A stretch of DNA of 54,245 nucleotides. It comes from an uncultured Gammaproteobacteria bacterium. Lineage in GTDB: Bacteria; Patescibacteriota; Patescibacteriia; Magasanikbacterales; UBA922. Below the pieces are notes generated by a model. It had not been told where the DNA came from, searched no databases, and saw only the letters and a list, made by a program, of their open reading frames with translations. A program made the translations under genes and the position numbers. The stretch lies in the NCBI GenBank assembly GCA_964522405.1, contig CAZFTR010000007.1, positions 1 through 54,245 on the forward strand. The letters run 5' to 3'. How positions within the stretch are numbered: position 1 is the stretch's first letter; each line of letters begins with the position of its first letter. Of this stretch, positions 26,721-35,640 are shown one piece after another.

Positions 26721-27494
26721 TTACTTGGAAATAATATTTTCAACTGCACCCCAAGAGCTTGAACCGTCCTCTGCTACCAATATCACTGCCTCATCTCCGG
26801 GTTTACCTCGATAAAATGTTACTGAAGCTGTAAGAACTTTGTATTTTTTGCCATTATAAGCTATTGTCCATTTTTGTGATTCTTCGTCAAATTCAACCTT
26901 TCCAATAAGTCTTTTTCTCTCAATTGGTTTGATTTGTTTGTAAATGAATGAACCATTGGGTTTAATGGTTAGTTTCATTAGATCTCCATCAACTAACTTT
27001 GATTTGCTGGCATAATTTGGTGGTACTGCATATTCTTTCTGTTCTGAATCAATCATTTTTTCACCATTGAAAATACCCTCAACAATTTGCTCTCCTGTGT
27101 CCAAATTTCTATCTTCTATTTTAACTTTGAGTTTGGCATTAGATTTACCATCTATTTGATCCAGAAGCGCATCAATTTGGTCTTTTATACTGTATAGACT
27201 TTTTTTTATTTGCGCAGTATCAAGGCTGCTTGAATTTTCATTATTTTTTTCTAATTCTTGGTTATTATCTTCCTCTTCAACATCTCTTATTGGCTGATTT
27301 TCGCTTTCCAGCAGCTTCTTTGCTTCTGTAATTTGTTCGCCAGTAGTGTCATGACTGGCAACCTGATTTTCTAAAATTTGATGGGCCTCAAGTGGATTAG
27401 TTTTTTCCTCAACAATAGGATCAGTTTCTTTTTGTTCATCAGGTAATAGTGCAGAATGTTTGTGTTGGTTTAGAAGATCTGTGAGGTTGTTCAT
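26721..27494 (-). CDS. Hypothetical protein (acidic N-terminal half, beta-rich C-terminal half)
   Basis: 257-aa ORF, tightly spaced with the downstream BNR gene. No family recognised. Confidence 0.6.
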   Translation of the reverse strand: MNNLTDLLNQHKHSALLPDEQKETDPIVEEKTNPLEAHQILENQVASHDTTGEQITEAKKLLESENQPIRDVEEEDNNQELEKNNENSSSLDTAQIKKSLYSIKDQIDALLDQIDGKSNAKLKVKIEDRNLDTGEQIVEGIFNGEKMIDSEQKEYAVPPNYASKSKLVDGDLMKLTIKPNGSFIYKQIKPIERKRLIGKVEFDEESQKWTIAYNGKKYKVLTASVTFYRGKPGDEAVILVAEDGSSSWGAVENIISK

Positions 27495-27544
27495 ATTTAT
27501 GTTAGTTTTAAAAATTTCTATTAAATCTTAAAAGAATTATAGCA

Positions 27545-27567
27545 CAAAAAAACTGCACTAAGCAGTT
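27545..27567 (-). terminator. Rho-independent terminator after the VirD4-like gene
   Basis: The minus strand reads AACTGC-ttagt-GCAGTT followed by TTTTTT. Confidence 0.55.
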
Positions 27568-27596
27568 AATTTGTTTACCGATTGTGTACATTCTGT

Positions 27597-30173
27597 TTAT
27601 AAACTGGCTTCAATCATGTCAGTTTTGGCAGTCCCTTCGGACTCTCCAAGTTTGGTTCTTTCCATTATCTCTGCTTCAACAATACTTCGATCTCTTCCGT
27701 ACTTTAGTCGAGATAATTGTTTTATAGCGTCAGCAAGTTCGCGATTACCTTCTTTTGGCGGATAAGAAAGCATGTTAAATGGTTTGGTAGTTTCATTGTC
27801 AATAATCATCTTGGTATAAAAAGAAAAAGGTGGGGGATTGAGTAAGTCATAGGCTCCAAAAGTTGGTGCAAATTCTTTGGCAAGAATATCAGTATCATCA
27901 GGTCCAACTCGACCAATACACATGGTACCCACATTACCGAGTACTGCGTCTTTGACCTCGGTTTTTTGACCTTCAACCAGCTGACCCATATATTGATGGG
28001 CAATAGTTAGATCCAGTTTGTATTTACGTGCCTCAGACAAAATAATAGCTATTGAGTCTGTAACTACATTTTGGAACTCATCAATATATAGATAAAAATC
28101 TTTTCTTTCTTCTTTTGACAGTTCTGCTCTTGCCATGGCAGCCATTTGTAGTTTTGCTACTACTATTAGGCCGATTAAGTTAGCATTAACCTCACCGGTT
28201 ACACCTTTGGCCAGATTTACAAGTAGAATTTTTTCCTGATCCATTACTTCTTTGAAACTAAAACCTGATTTTTGCTGTCCCATAATATTTCTCATCATTT
28301 CATTTTCAACAAAACGTCCAACTTTTGATATTAGGTAACCAAGCATCTCAGATTTGTGAAAATCACTAGTTTTAGCCATTTCCTTTTCCCAAAAAGCTCT
28401 CACCACCGGATCCTTCAATTTTTTCAGATATTTTTTAACATAATTATCATCTGTAAACATTCTAGGAATATCAATGATGGTTCCTGTGTCGCTCAAGTCA
28501 GCCATAAGAGTCAACATGACGTTTCTCATATTGTGTTCAAACATGGGGCCGATAATTTCAGGTGGGAATAGTTTATAGAAGATTGAAATCATCTCTTGGA
28601 CTGCAAAATCTTTTTGATCATCAGTTTTTGCCTCGAGCATATTCAAACCAATTGGACGTTCCATGTCTGAAGGATTGAATACTATAACATCGTCAGCTCG
28701 GTTTTTGGGTACATGAGCAAGTACATCTTCTACTAAATCTCCATGTGGATCAATCAGACAAACACCCTTGCCATTTTGAATATCCTGAATAATCAGATTT
28801 GATAAAAATACTGATTTTCCAGTTCCAGATTTACCAATAACATAGAGATGTCTCCTTCTGTCAGCTTCTTTCATTCTAATTTCTGTGTCTGTTCCGCGGT
28901 ACTTTACATGCCCAAGAAGAAGGCCTGAATCTGGAAGGTTTGTTGGTGGTGGGGCAGTTCTACCTGACAGCCATTTTATATTCGGTGTTTCTGTTGAATG
29001 AAGAGGTAAGTGCCACATACTGGCCATTTCTTCGGTGTTAAGGATTACAGATCTATTATCATGAAAACTTCTATATATAAAGTCCCTAATTATAGTTTTT
29101 TGATTTCTAGGAATAGTAATAGAAAATTCGTTTCCATAGCGATAGAGATTATATTGGCTAAACGAATTTACAATATTTTCCAGATTTATTTTGGCCATTT
29201 CTTCTTGATCTGAGACACTTACAATTCTGATAGTTGTACCAAGTCCGCCCTTTGCCAACTTCTCTTCAATTCCTTTAAGCATCTCTTCTTCCATGGCAGA
29301 AAGTTGATATCTGTTGTCTTTGGTAATGTCTTTTGGATCTTTGGGTACAAATAGTTCTTTAGTAGTTTTGGCGCTGGTACCTAGGGCTTTGGTAAAAAAT
29401 GTTTTATGAATAACATTTTCAAATTTTTCTCCTTTTTTGACTTCACGGACCACTTTTACACCTTTCCTTCGCCATTTTCTAGGTGCTGATCGCACAACAA
29501 ACTGAATTGCCGCTGAGCTGTTATTTTCTCTAATTCTAGCAAGAGCATTGAGAAGTGCGGATAGAGGATCTGATTCACTTTTTTTGTATGATTTAAAAGG
29601 GAAAATGTGAATTTTTTTTGAAGTTAGATTTGCAGAAACTATTTTGCTGTGCTCTCCGAATATATTGTAATCGCCAATTTCTTCTATCTGTGCATATGGA
29701 TATTGAGCATGTATCTGTTGTTCAATAAATTTCTGCACTCGATGGGGGACAGCGACGTAGAAATAAATAAGCCCTTCATGTACTACTAATTCAAATGCAA
29801 TATGATCATTTCTTCCTCTAAACCATGAACCCATACCACGTTCAGCTCTAAGGCCGGCAATAGTTGAGAAAAAAGTTTCTGTAATTCCAATTTCTTCCTT
29901 TATTTGTTCAAGTCGATCCTCGGAAGATCCCTGCCCACTGCTTTCTGATTTTTTTTCCTTTGGTACTTGAATTTGTAGAATTACTCTATCAAAAGCCTTG
30001 CTAGCTTTGAAAATATTTTTAGTAAAGATTCTAACTATAAAAAGCAAAACAAATACCAACAAAATTCCAACAATAATCAGCAATAAACTAAAAAAAAGCT
30101 CTGAATAGACGGCAGTAGCATTTTGAAAGCTATTTCCTCCACCTGCATTTATTGCAAATTGGAATAAAAACAT
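27597..30173 (-). CDS. VirD4/TraG/TraD-like coupling-protein-type P-loop ATPase with N-terminal TM segment
   Basis: 858-aa ORF with an N-terminal hydrophobic helix. Walker A is VIGKSGTGKSVF and Walker B is FYLYIDEFQN. The overall layout matches proteins with a type IV secretion DNA-binding domain. Confidence 0.7.
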   Translation of the reverse strand: MFLFQFAINAGGGNSFQNATAVYSELFFSLLLIIVGILLVFVLLFIVRIFTKNIFKASKAFDRVILQIQVPKEKKSESSGQGSSEDRLEQIKEEIGITETFFSTIAGLRAERGMGSWFRGRNDHIAFELVVHEGLIYFYVAVPHRVQKFIEQQIHAQYPYAQIEEIGDYNIFGEHSKIVSANLTSKKIHIFPFKSYKKSESDPLSALLNALARIRENNSSAAIQFVVRSAPRKWRRKGVKVVREVKKGEKFENVIHKTFFTKALGTSAKTTKELFVPKDPKDITKDNRYQLSAMEEEMLKGIEEKLAKGGLGTTIRIVSVSDQEEMAKINLENIVNSFSQYNLYRYGNEFSITIPRNQKTIIRDFIYRSFHDNRSVILNTEEMASMWHLPLHSTETPNIKWLSGRTAPPPTNLPDSGLLLGHVKYRGTDTEIRMKEADRRRHLYVIGKSGTGKSVFLSNLIIQDIQNGKGVCLIDPHGDLVEDVLAHVPKNRADDVIVFNPSDMERPIGLNMLEAKTDDQKDFAVQEMISIFYKLFPPEIIGPMFEHNMRNVMLTLMADLSDTGTIIDIPRMFTDDNYVKKYLKKLKDPVVRAFWEKEMAKTSDFHKSEMLGYLISKVGRFVENEMMRNIMGQQKSGFSFKEVMDQEKILLVNLAKGVTGEVNANLIGLIVVAKLQMAAMARAELSKEERKDFYLYIDEFQNVVTDSIAIILSEARKYKLDLTIAHQYMGQLVEGQKTEVKDAVLGNVGTMCIGRVGPDDTDILAKEFAPTFGAYDLLNPPPFSFYTKMIIDNETTKPFNMLSYPPKEGNRELADAIKQLSRLKYGRDRSIVEAEIMERTKLGESEGTAKTDMIEASL

Positions 30174-30177
30174 ATTC

Positions 30178-30753
30178 TTATTTGCGCTTACTTAGCGCAA
30201 TTATTCTGTCCACTTTTATTTTGGCTTCTTGTTCCATAAAGAATCTATTAACTCCAGGGAGCATTTTGAGCCATTCTATAACCAGCTTAAAAATCTCTTT
30301 GAATTTGATTCTGGTTTTTCCTAGTATTTTTCTTATTTCCCAAGCAGTTTCTTCACCTTTGATTTTGAATTCTTGTTTTTGAACTGGAGTTAATTCGCTA
30401 TAGGCATCGCCAAGACCCTCTTCCATGATTTGTTCTATTTGAACAGTTACTGGATCCTTTACCTGGGGTATTGTAATTTGTTTTTTCTTCTTGGCTCTTA
30501 ATTTTTTCTTGAGGTTGGAAATAGTTTCATCCATAAAACCTTCCTCATCTTTTGGAGGTTCAATTTTTTCAACTTCTTTTACAGGGACCGTTTCTTTTTC
30601 CGAGAGGACTGATTTTTTTTCTTGTACTTTCTCAGCTTTAATTAGCTCTTGGGCAGTCGGAGGTTTTTCAGACATTTTTGGCTGCTCAGTTAAAACATGT
30701 TCAGTTGCCGGTTCAAATTGAGGGTTGTATTCTGGAGGTTGTTGAGTAGGCAT
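30178..30753 (-). CDS. Hypothetical protein, charged/low-complexity N-terminal half
   Basis: 191-aa ORF ending 4 nt upstream of the start codon of the VirD4-like gene, so probably co-transcribed with it. No family recognised. Confidence 0.6.
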   Translation of the reverse strand: MPTQQPPEYNPQFEPATEHVLTEQPKMSEKPPTAQELIKAEKVQEKKSVLSEKETVPVKEVEKIEPPKDEEGFMDETISNLKKKLRAKKKKQITIPQVKDPVTVQIEQIMEEGLGDAYSELTPVQKQEFKIKGEETAWEIRKILGKTRIKFKEIFKLVIEWLKMLPGVNRFFMEQEAKIKVDRIIALSKRK

Positions 30754-30883
30754 ATTATTTAAATGGGGGAAATTACCAAAAAAATCCTAATTAAATTAGT
30801 TATATACATTATATCAAAAAAATATAAAAAGAGCTATGAAAACTCTTTTATTTGAATAACTTTTTTTGAAAATGTGCTAAAGA

Positions 30884-32248
30884 CTAGTTTTTCTTTAATT
30901 CCTGACCCTCTTTTTTATCTTCAACAGTAAATCCTAGACTAGAAATTTTATTTCGTAATTCATCACTCCTTGCATAATCTCTACTCTCCCGAGCTATTTC
31001 CCTCGCGTTTAATAACTCTTGAATTTCCTCTGAAATCTCAATTTCTTCCTCTTGGTTATTTTTCAGATCAAGAGCAAGAATTTTATCAAACTTAGTAATA
31101 GATTCCAAACTAAAACTATTTGTTTTTAAACCCGTCTGCAAAATTGCCAAGGCTTCTGGCATGTTTAAATCATCATTTACAGCTGAAAAAAATTCTTGAA
31201 CCATTTTCGGGTCTTCTTGGATAGTTTTATCGATTCTTGATACCTTCTCTCTTAGATTTTTTAAACCTTGCTCAGCTCCTTGCAAGGCCTCGATAGTGAA
31301 ATTTAACTGCTTGCGATAATGCGCCTGCAATAGAAAGTAACGATAGGCTAGAGGAGATATACCATTATCCTTCAAAGTTTGCAATCTAACAAAATTATCT
31401 TCAGATTTTGCCATTTTGATATCCCCCATATTTAAGAATTCACCATGTAGCCAAAAATTAACCCAGGGTTTTGTACCGGTAACTGATTCAGTCTGAGCAA
31501 TTTCATTGGTGTGATGAATTGGTATGTGATCAATTCCACCACAGTGAATATCAAATTGTTCACCTAGATATTTTGTACTCATAGCTGAGCATTCAATATG
31601 CCAGCCTGGAAATCCTTTTCGGTCAAAAGCATCCCATTCCATTTGTCTGGTTTCTCCTGGTTTGCTAAATTTCCAAAGCGCAAAATCTCTTAAATTTCTT
31701 TTTTCGCCCATTTCTATTCTAGCTCCGGCTTTGAGTTCCTGCTTATCGAGTAGTGCCAGCTTTCCATAATCATCAATTTTTGTAGTATCAAAATAAATAC
31801 CATCATCAGTTTCGTAGGTGAGACCTTTTTTGATCAGACTTTCCACCATGTCAATTTGCTCTTGAATATGATCTGTTGCCTTGCACCAAGTGCCTGGTTC
31901 AAGTATATTCAGATCCCTTATATCATTTTTAAATGCTTGTGTATAAAATTCTGCAATTTCCCAGGCAGTTTTTCCTTCTCGCTTCGAACCCTTTTCCATT
32001 TTATCTTCTCCCTGGTCAGCATCATCTGTAAGATGTCCAACATCAGTAATATTCATAACATGATTAACAAAATAATCATTTATTCTCAATACTCGTCTCA
32101 AAATATCCTCAAAAACATAGGTTCGAAGATTTCCAATGTGAGCATAATTATAAACTGTTGGACCACAAGTATAAAGTCCAACATTTTTCCCTGATAGTGG
32201 TTTAAATTGTTCTTTTTGGCGAGTGCGTGTATTGTATAATTTGAGCAT
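30884..32248 (-). CDS. cysS: Cysteine--tRNA ligase
   Basis: YTCGPTVYNYAHIGNLRTY (HIGH region) and KMAKSEDN (KMSKS) motifs. The start is set at MLKLYNT (32248); the track ORF extends 22 codons further. Confidence 0.9.
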   Translation of the reverse strand: MLKLYNTRTRQKEQFKPLSGKNVGLYTCGPTVYNYAHIGNLRTYVFEDILRRVLRINDYFVNHVMNITDVGHLTDDADQGEDKMEKGSKREGKTAWEIAEFYTQAFKNDIRDLNILEPGTWCKATDHIQEQIDMVESLIKKGLTYETDDGIYFDTTKIDDYGKLALLDKQELKAGARIEMGEKRNLRDFALWKFSKPGETRQMEWDAFDRKGFPGWHIECSAMSTKYLGEQFDIHCGGIDHIPIHHTNEIAQTESVTGTKPWVNFWLHGEFLNMGDIKMAKSEDNFVRLQTLKDNGISPLAYRYFLLQAHYRKQLNFTIEALQGAEQGLKNLREKVSRIDKTIQEDPKMVQEFFSAVNDDLNMPEALAILQTGLKTNSFSLESITKFDKILALDLKNNQEEEIEISEEIQELLNAREIARESRDYARSDELRNKISSLGFTVEDKKEGQELKKN

Positions 32249-32407
32249 AAGAAAAGGAATTGAAAAGCTGGAAATGTTTGAAATACTTTTCATTATCCAT
32301 GATATTATATTCAATCATCATGTTTTTGTAAATAAGACAGCTTGAGTTGATAGTATTTGAAAAGTTTGAAGGATTTTTAATGAAAACTTGGTTTATTCTT
32401 CTGAAAA

Positions 32408-33120
32408 GTGCCTGCGCCGTCCGCCCCGAAGAGAGAACAGCGCCAGGCTCGTCGTCGTCGGGGCGAAGGGCATGTTGGAAGTGGCATCACTCGGTGACGA
32501 CCTCCACGTCCTCCTTGCGGGTGAAGCTCCAGCGCAGCGAGAAGCGCTCGCCCTCCTCCGTGCTGTAGTTGACCACGAAGGAGCTGTACTCCTCCCAGGC
32601 GCGGTGGAAGATGGCCTGCAGAGCCAGTCGCTCGTCGCGGTCACCATGCTTGCTGATGTGCGCGTTGGCGTCGCCGCTGTTGTGGGACACACAGCTGAGC
32701 ACATCGCCGGTTTGCAGACGGAATCTGCGTATCCGCTGGTTGAGATCTCTGCGCATCACCTCGGCCAGGGCCTTGGCTCCGCCCATCTCACCCAGGAAGG
32801 TGAAAATGGTGACCCGACCGTCGGTGCTGGTATGCACCAGCGCGCCGTAGTTGTGGCCGAGAGCTGCTGAGATCAGCGCAGCCTGGAAATAGGCCGCACT
32901 TCTGGTCATGCGCGAGACCTCGAAGCGCGCGTCGGCATCGAGGAAGATGCGCCGACCCCGTCTGTCGTAGCAGTGAACCAGACCCAGCCCCTGGTCATTG
33001 CCTCCGGAAGTGTGCTCCATGCGCAGAATCCGCTCGGCGTTGTCTTCAGCGAGAGCAGGTACTGCCCGAATAGTAAGCATTATGCTTTCTCCTGCGGGAA
33101 AACCCGCTCAGTCAACTATG
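32408..33120. other. GC-rich islet 2 (compositionally foreign segment with one ORF)
   Basis: There is an abrupt AT-to-GC switch at both ends, and long shadow ORFs on several frames. It is flanked by the imperfect direct repeat AGTATTTGAAAAGTTT (32352-32367) / AGTATTTGCAAGTTT (33142-33156). Confidence 0.6.
32487..33080 (-). CDS. Hypothetical protein encoded in GC-rich islet 2
   Basis: 197-aa ORF (MLTIRAVPALAEDNAERILRMEH...) in the frame with G/C-rich third positions. ATG start, with SD AGGAGA 7 nt upstream. No family recognised. Confidence 0.65.
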   Translation of the reverse strand: MLTIRAVPALAEDNAERILRMEHTSGGNDQGLGLVHCYDRRGRRIFLDADARFEVSRMTRSAAYFQAALISAALGHNYGALVHTSTDGRVTIFTFLGEMGGAKALAEVMRRDLNQRIRRFRLQTGDVLSCVSHNSGDANAHISKHGDRDERLALQAIFHRAWEEYSSFVVNYSTEEGERFSLRWSFTRKEDVEVVTE

Positions 33121-33217
33121 CCTATTTAACCTGATTAGGAAAGTATTTGCAAGTTTTTTTCTTGATTTTATCGCTGATTTTGTATATAATTTAGTCAATT
33201 ATTTTAATTAGAAATAT

Positions 33218-33562
33218 ATGAAATTAATATTACGCTGGATCATAAGCGCGGCGACGCTTTTACTTATTGCTCAGTATATAGAGGGGATTACTGTAAATGG
33301 GTTTTATGCAGCTCTTATTACTGCTCTAGTTTTGGGTTTGGTTAATGCCATTATTCGTCCTGTAGTGGTTTTTTTCACTTTACCTATAAATATTATTACC
33401 CTTGGACTTTTTACATTTATTATTAATGGCGTGCTTTTTTGGTTTGTGGCGACTATTGTAGAGAATTTTGAAGTTAGTGGTTTTTGGCCGGCTTTCTGGG
33501 GTGCCTTAATTTTAACTTTGGTTAGTTGGTTTGCCAATTTATTTCTAAAAGAGAAAAATTAA
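33218..33562 (+). CDS. Phage holin family 4 / DUF360 membrane protein
   Basis: 114-aa ORF with 4 TM helices. The motif LVLGLVNAIIRPVVVFFTLPINIITLGLFTFIINGVLFW is typical of this family. Confidence 0.8.
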   Translation: MKLILRWIISAATLLLIAQYIEGITVNGFYAALITALVLGLVNAIIRPVVVFFTLPINIITLGLFTFIINGVLFWFVATIVENFEVSGFWPAFWGALILTLVSWFANLFLKEKN

Positions 33563-33566
33563 ATTT

Positions 33567-34253
33567 ATGTCAAAGATGAAAATTATTTCTGTTGGTGGTT
33601 CAATAATTATTCCAAAAACTGGATTTGATATTAAATTTTTAAAAAAATTTAAAAAATTAATTCTTGATCAAGTCAAAAAAGGAGATAAATTTATATTGGT
33701 AATTGGTGGGGGAGCTACTTGCAGAAAATATCAAGATGCAGCTGACCGAGTAACCAAGCTAACCGATGCTGATCTTGATTGGTTGGGAATTTACACTACT
33801 GAGCTCAATGCTGAATTTGTTCGCTTGATGTTTGGAAAGTATGCTCATAGTCAGGTTATTGCTGACCCTGGACACAAAGTAAAAACAAGAAAGCCAATTG
33901 TCATTGCCTCTGGTTGGAAACCAGGCTGCTCAACTGATAATGATGCTGTTATTCTTGCTAAGACTTATGGAGCAAGTGATCTTCTAAATCTTTCAAATAT
34001 TGAATATGTTTATGATAGAGATCCTGCAAAACATAAAAATGCCAAAAAGATTGAGCAAATTGATTGGAAGAGTTTTCGAAAGGAGATAGTTGGAAATAAA
34101 TGGATTCCAGGAAAAAATGTGCCTTTTGATCCAATTGCCAGTAAAAAAGCAGAGAAGCTGGGATTAAGGGTTTCTATTCTTGACGGAACCAACTTAAAAG
34201 AAGTAAAAAAAGCTGTTAATGGAGAGCGTTTTAAGGGGACTATAGTTTGGTAG
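33567..34253 (+). CDS. pyrH: UMP kinase (archaeal-type amino-acid-kinase fold)
   Basis: 228-aa ORF. KIISVGGSII, LVIGGGATCRKY, GWKPGCSTDNDAVILA and YVYDRDPAKHKNAK motifs. Confidence 0.75.
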   Translation: MSKMKIISVGGSIIIPKTGFDIKFLKKFKKLILDQVKKGDKFILVIGGGATCRKYQDAADRVTKLTDADLDWLGIYTTELNAEFVRLMFGKYAHSQVIADPGHKVKTRKPIVIASGWKPGCSTDNDAVILAKTYGASDLLNLSNIEYVYDRDPAKHKNAKKIEQIDWKSFRKEIVGNKWIPGKNVPFDPIASKKAEKLGLRVSILDGTNLKEVKKAVNGERFKGTIVW

Positions 34254-34255
34254 GA

Positions 34256-35353
34256 TTAAATTCTTCGAACTATTCCATTCGTCGCATCAACTTCAATTAA
34301 ATCACCATTTTTTAAAATTTGAGTAGAATTCCCTGTACCTACAATACAGGGTTTTTTTAATTCTCGACTAATGATTGCTGCATGAGTTAGAATCCCACCT
34401 CGATTTGTAAGAATTGCAGCAGCTTGCTTCATAAGTGGAACATAACTGGGTGTGGTCATGTCACAAACAAGAATTTCATCCTTTTCAAGATTTGTATTTG
34501 GAATCTCTTTTTCTGATATAATTTTGACGCGACCCTCAGCTAGTCCGGGACTTCCTATTTGTCCTTTTAAAATATAATCATTATCAGCTTTGTCAAGATT
34601 AATTTCATAGTCACTGTAAATTTTACCAAGAATACGGTTGTAATCAATAAATGTCATTCCAAACTCTTCAGTAGTTACTGTTTCAAAATATCCACAAATA
34701 TAGTCGTTTGCAAAACTAGAGTTTACTCTTTCTATGAGTTCATTTTGCTTTTCAATGTTTGTTATGTGTAGGTATGAAACTATACGTTTCAATTCTGCAA
34801 GTGCTTCTTGGTTTTCCTCACTTAATTTCCATGTTTTAAAATCAAATGAAAAATTTATTGGTTTTATTTTTTCATAGAATCCCTGAGTTAATTTTTCATG
34901 ACTTTCATTGATTATTTCGCCAAAAATTCCATTTCTATTGACAACAAAAATCGTACCCCAATTATGGTCACGGGGATGCGGAATAAAACTGGCAATATAT
35001 TTTGAATGATCAATTTTTTGCTCAGTAAACCATCCATTTATTACGTCTTTTATGGCAAATCCCCGCATTCTTAATTTTGGAAGTCTTGAGTCAGTAGGAA
35101 TTAGACGAAGTCCACATAATTCATTGCCTCGATCATTTAGAAATTCTTTAAAATTATCAGATCTATTAAAAACATCCAAGGCAGGAAATTTCGTTGGTTG
35201 ATCATTTGGAAAATCAATAATTGTGTTCATAAATCCCATTCTGTCACGTTTATCATTATCTTCCTTGCGCATTTCTTGCGCATCCTCATGATCAATATTT
35301 TCAAACCATTCAGTAAGGGATATTTGTTTTTTGTAGCGTTTTGTTATATGCAT
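34256..35353 (-). CDS. PEP-utilising enzyme mobile-domain protein (PEP synthase/PPDK-related)
   Basis: The C-terminal segment GSPGLAEGRVKII...ILVCDMTTPSYVPLMKQAAAILTNRGGILTHAAIISRELKKPCIVG is the swivelling phosphohistidine domain. The start at 35353 (MHITKRY) is preferred. The track ORF extends to 35572 through low-complexity codons. Confidence 0.65.
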   Translation of the reverse strand: MHITKRYKKQISLTEWFENIDHEDAQEMRKEDNDKRDRMGFMNTIIDFPNDQPTKFPALDVFNRSDNFKEFLNDRGNELCGLRLIPTDSRLPKLRMRGFAIKDVINGWFTEQKIDHSKYIASFIPHPRDHNWGTIFVVNRNGIFGEIINESHEKLTQGFYEKIKPINFSFDFKTWKLSEENQEALAELKRIVSYLHITNIEKQNELIERVNSSFANDYICGYFETVTTEEFGMTFIDYNRILGKIYSDYEINLDKADNDYILKGQIGSPGLAEGRVKIISEKEIPNTNLEKDEILVCDMTTPSYVPLMKQAAAILTNRGGILTHAAIISRELKKPCIVGTGNSTQILKNGDLIEVDATNGIVRRI

Positions 35354-35598
35354 AGTGATGTGAAAAAAACAAAATACATGGAAAAAAATACAAGATAGAC
35401 TATGAATTAATCGAATGTCTTTCTTGATAAGTTTATATCTTATTTTGTGTATTCTCTTTTTTATCGTAAAGTATATCATATTATCCTGCATATTGCTTTT
35501 TCGACTCAAACGAGCTAAGCTACTAAAATAAGAGACAAAATACCTGGAATAAATTACAAGACAGAAGATCATTTAATCTAATTTCTTATTAAGTAAGA

Positions 35599-35631
35599 TT
35601 GTATTCTATTCCATGTATTTTGTATCCTGTC
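35599..35631 (+). promoter_or_regulatory. 33-nt conserved motif, copy 2 (TTGTATTCTATTCCATGTATTTTGTATCCTGTC)
   Basis: It ends 9 nt upstream of the dnaG ATG. 30 of 33 positions are identical to 9056-9088. Confidence 0.4.
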
Positions 35632-35640
35632 ACAGAAAGT

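Noticed and set aside
32249-32314. Upstream extensions of several track ORFs: cysS to 32314, dnaG from 35599, peroxiredoxin to 41875, DsbA-like from 41908, and the PEP-domain protein to 35572.
   Set aside because: The extensions encode hydrophobic or low-complexity junk ahead of conserved N-terminal motifs. I preferred internal ATG codons that match family-typical N-termini.
32388-32870. Plus-strand ORFs 32347..32568, 32388..32870 and 32569..32850, and minus-strand ORF 32393..32704, all inside islet 2.
   Set aside because: They overlap the 197-aa ORF in other frames, have Arg/Ala/Pro-rich low-complexity translations, and have no SD. I judged them GC-driven shadow ORFs.
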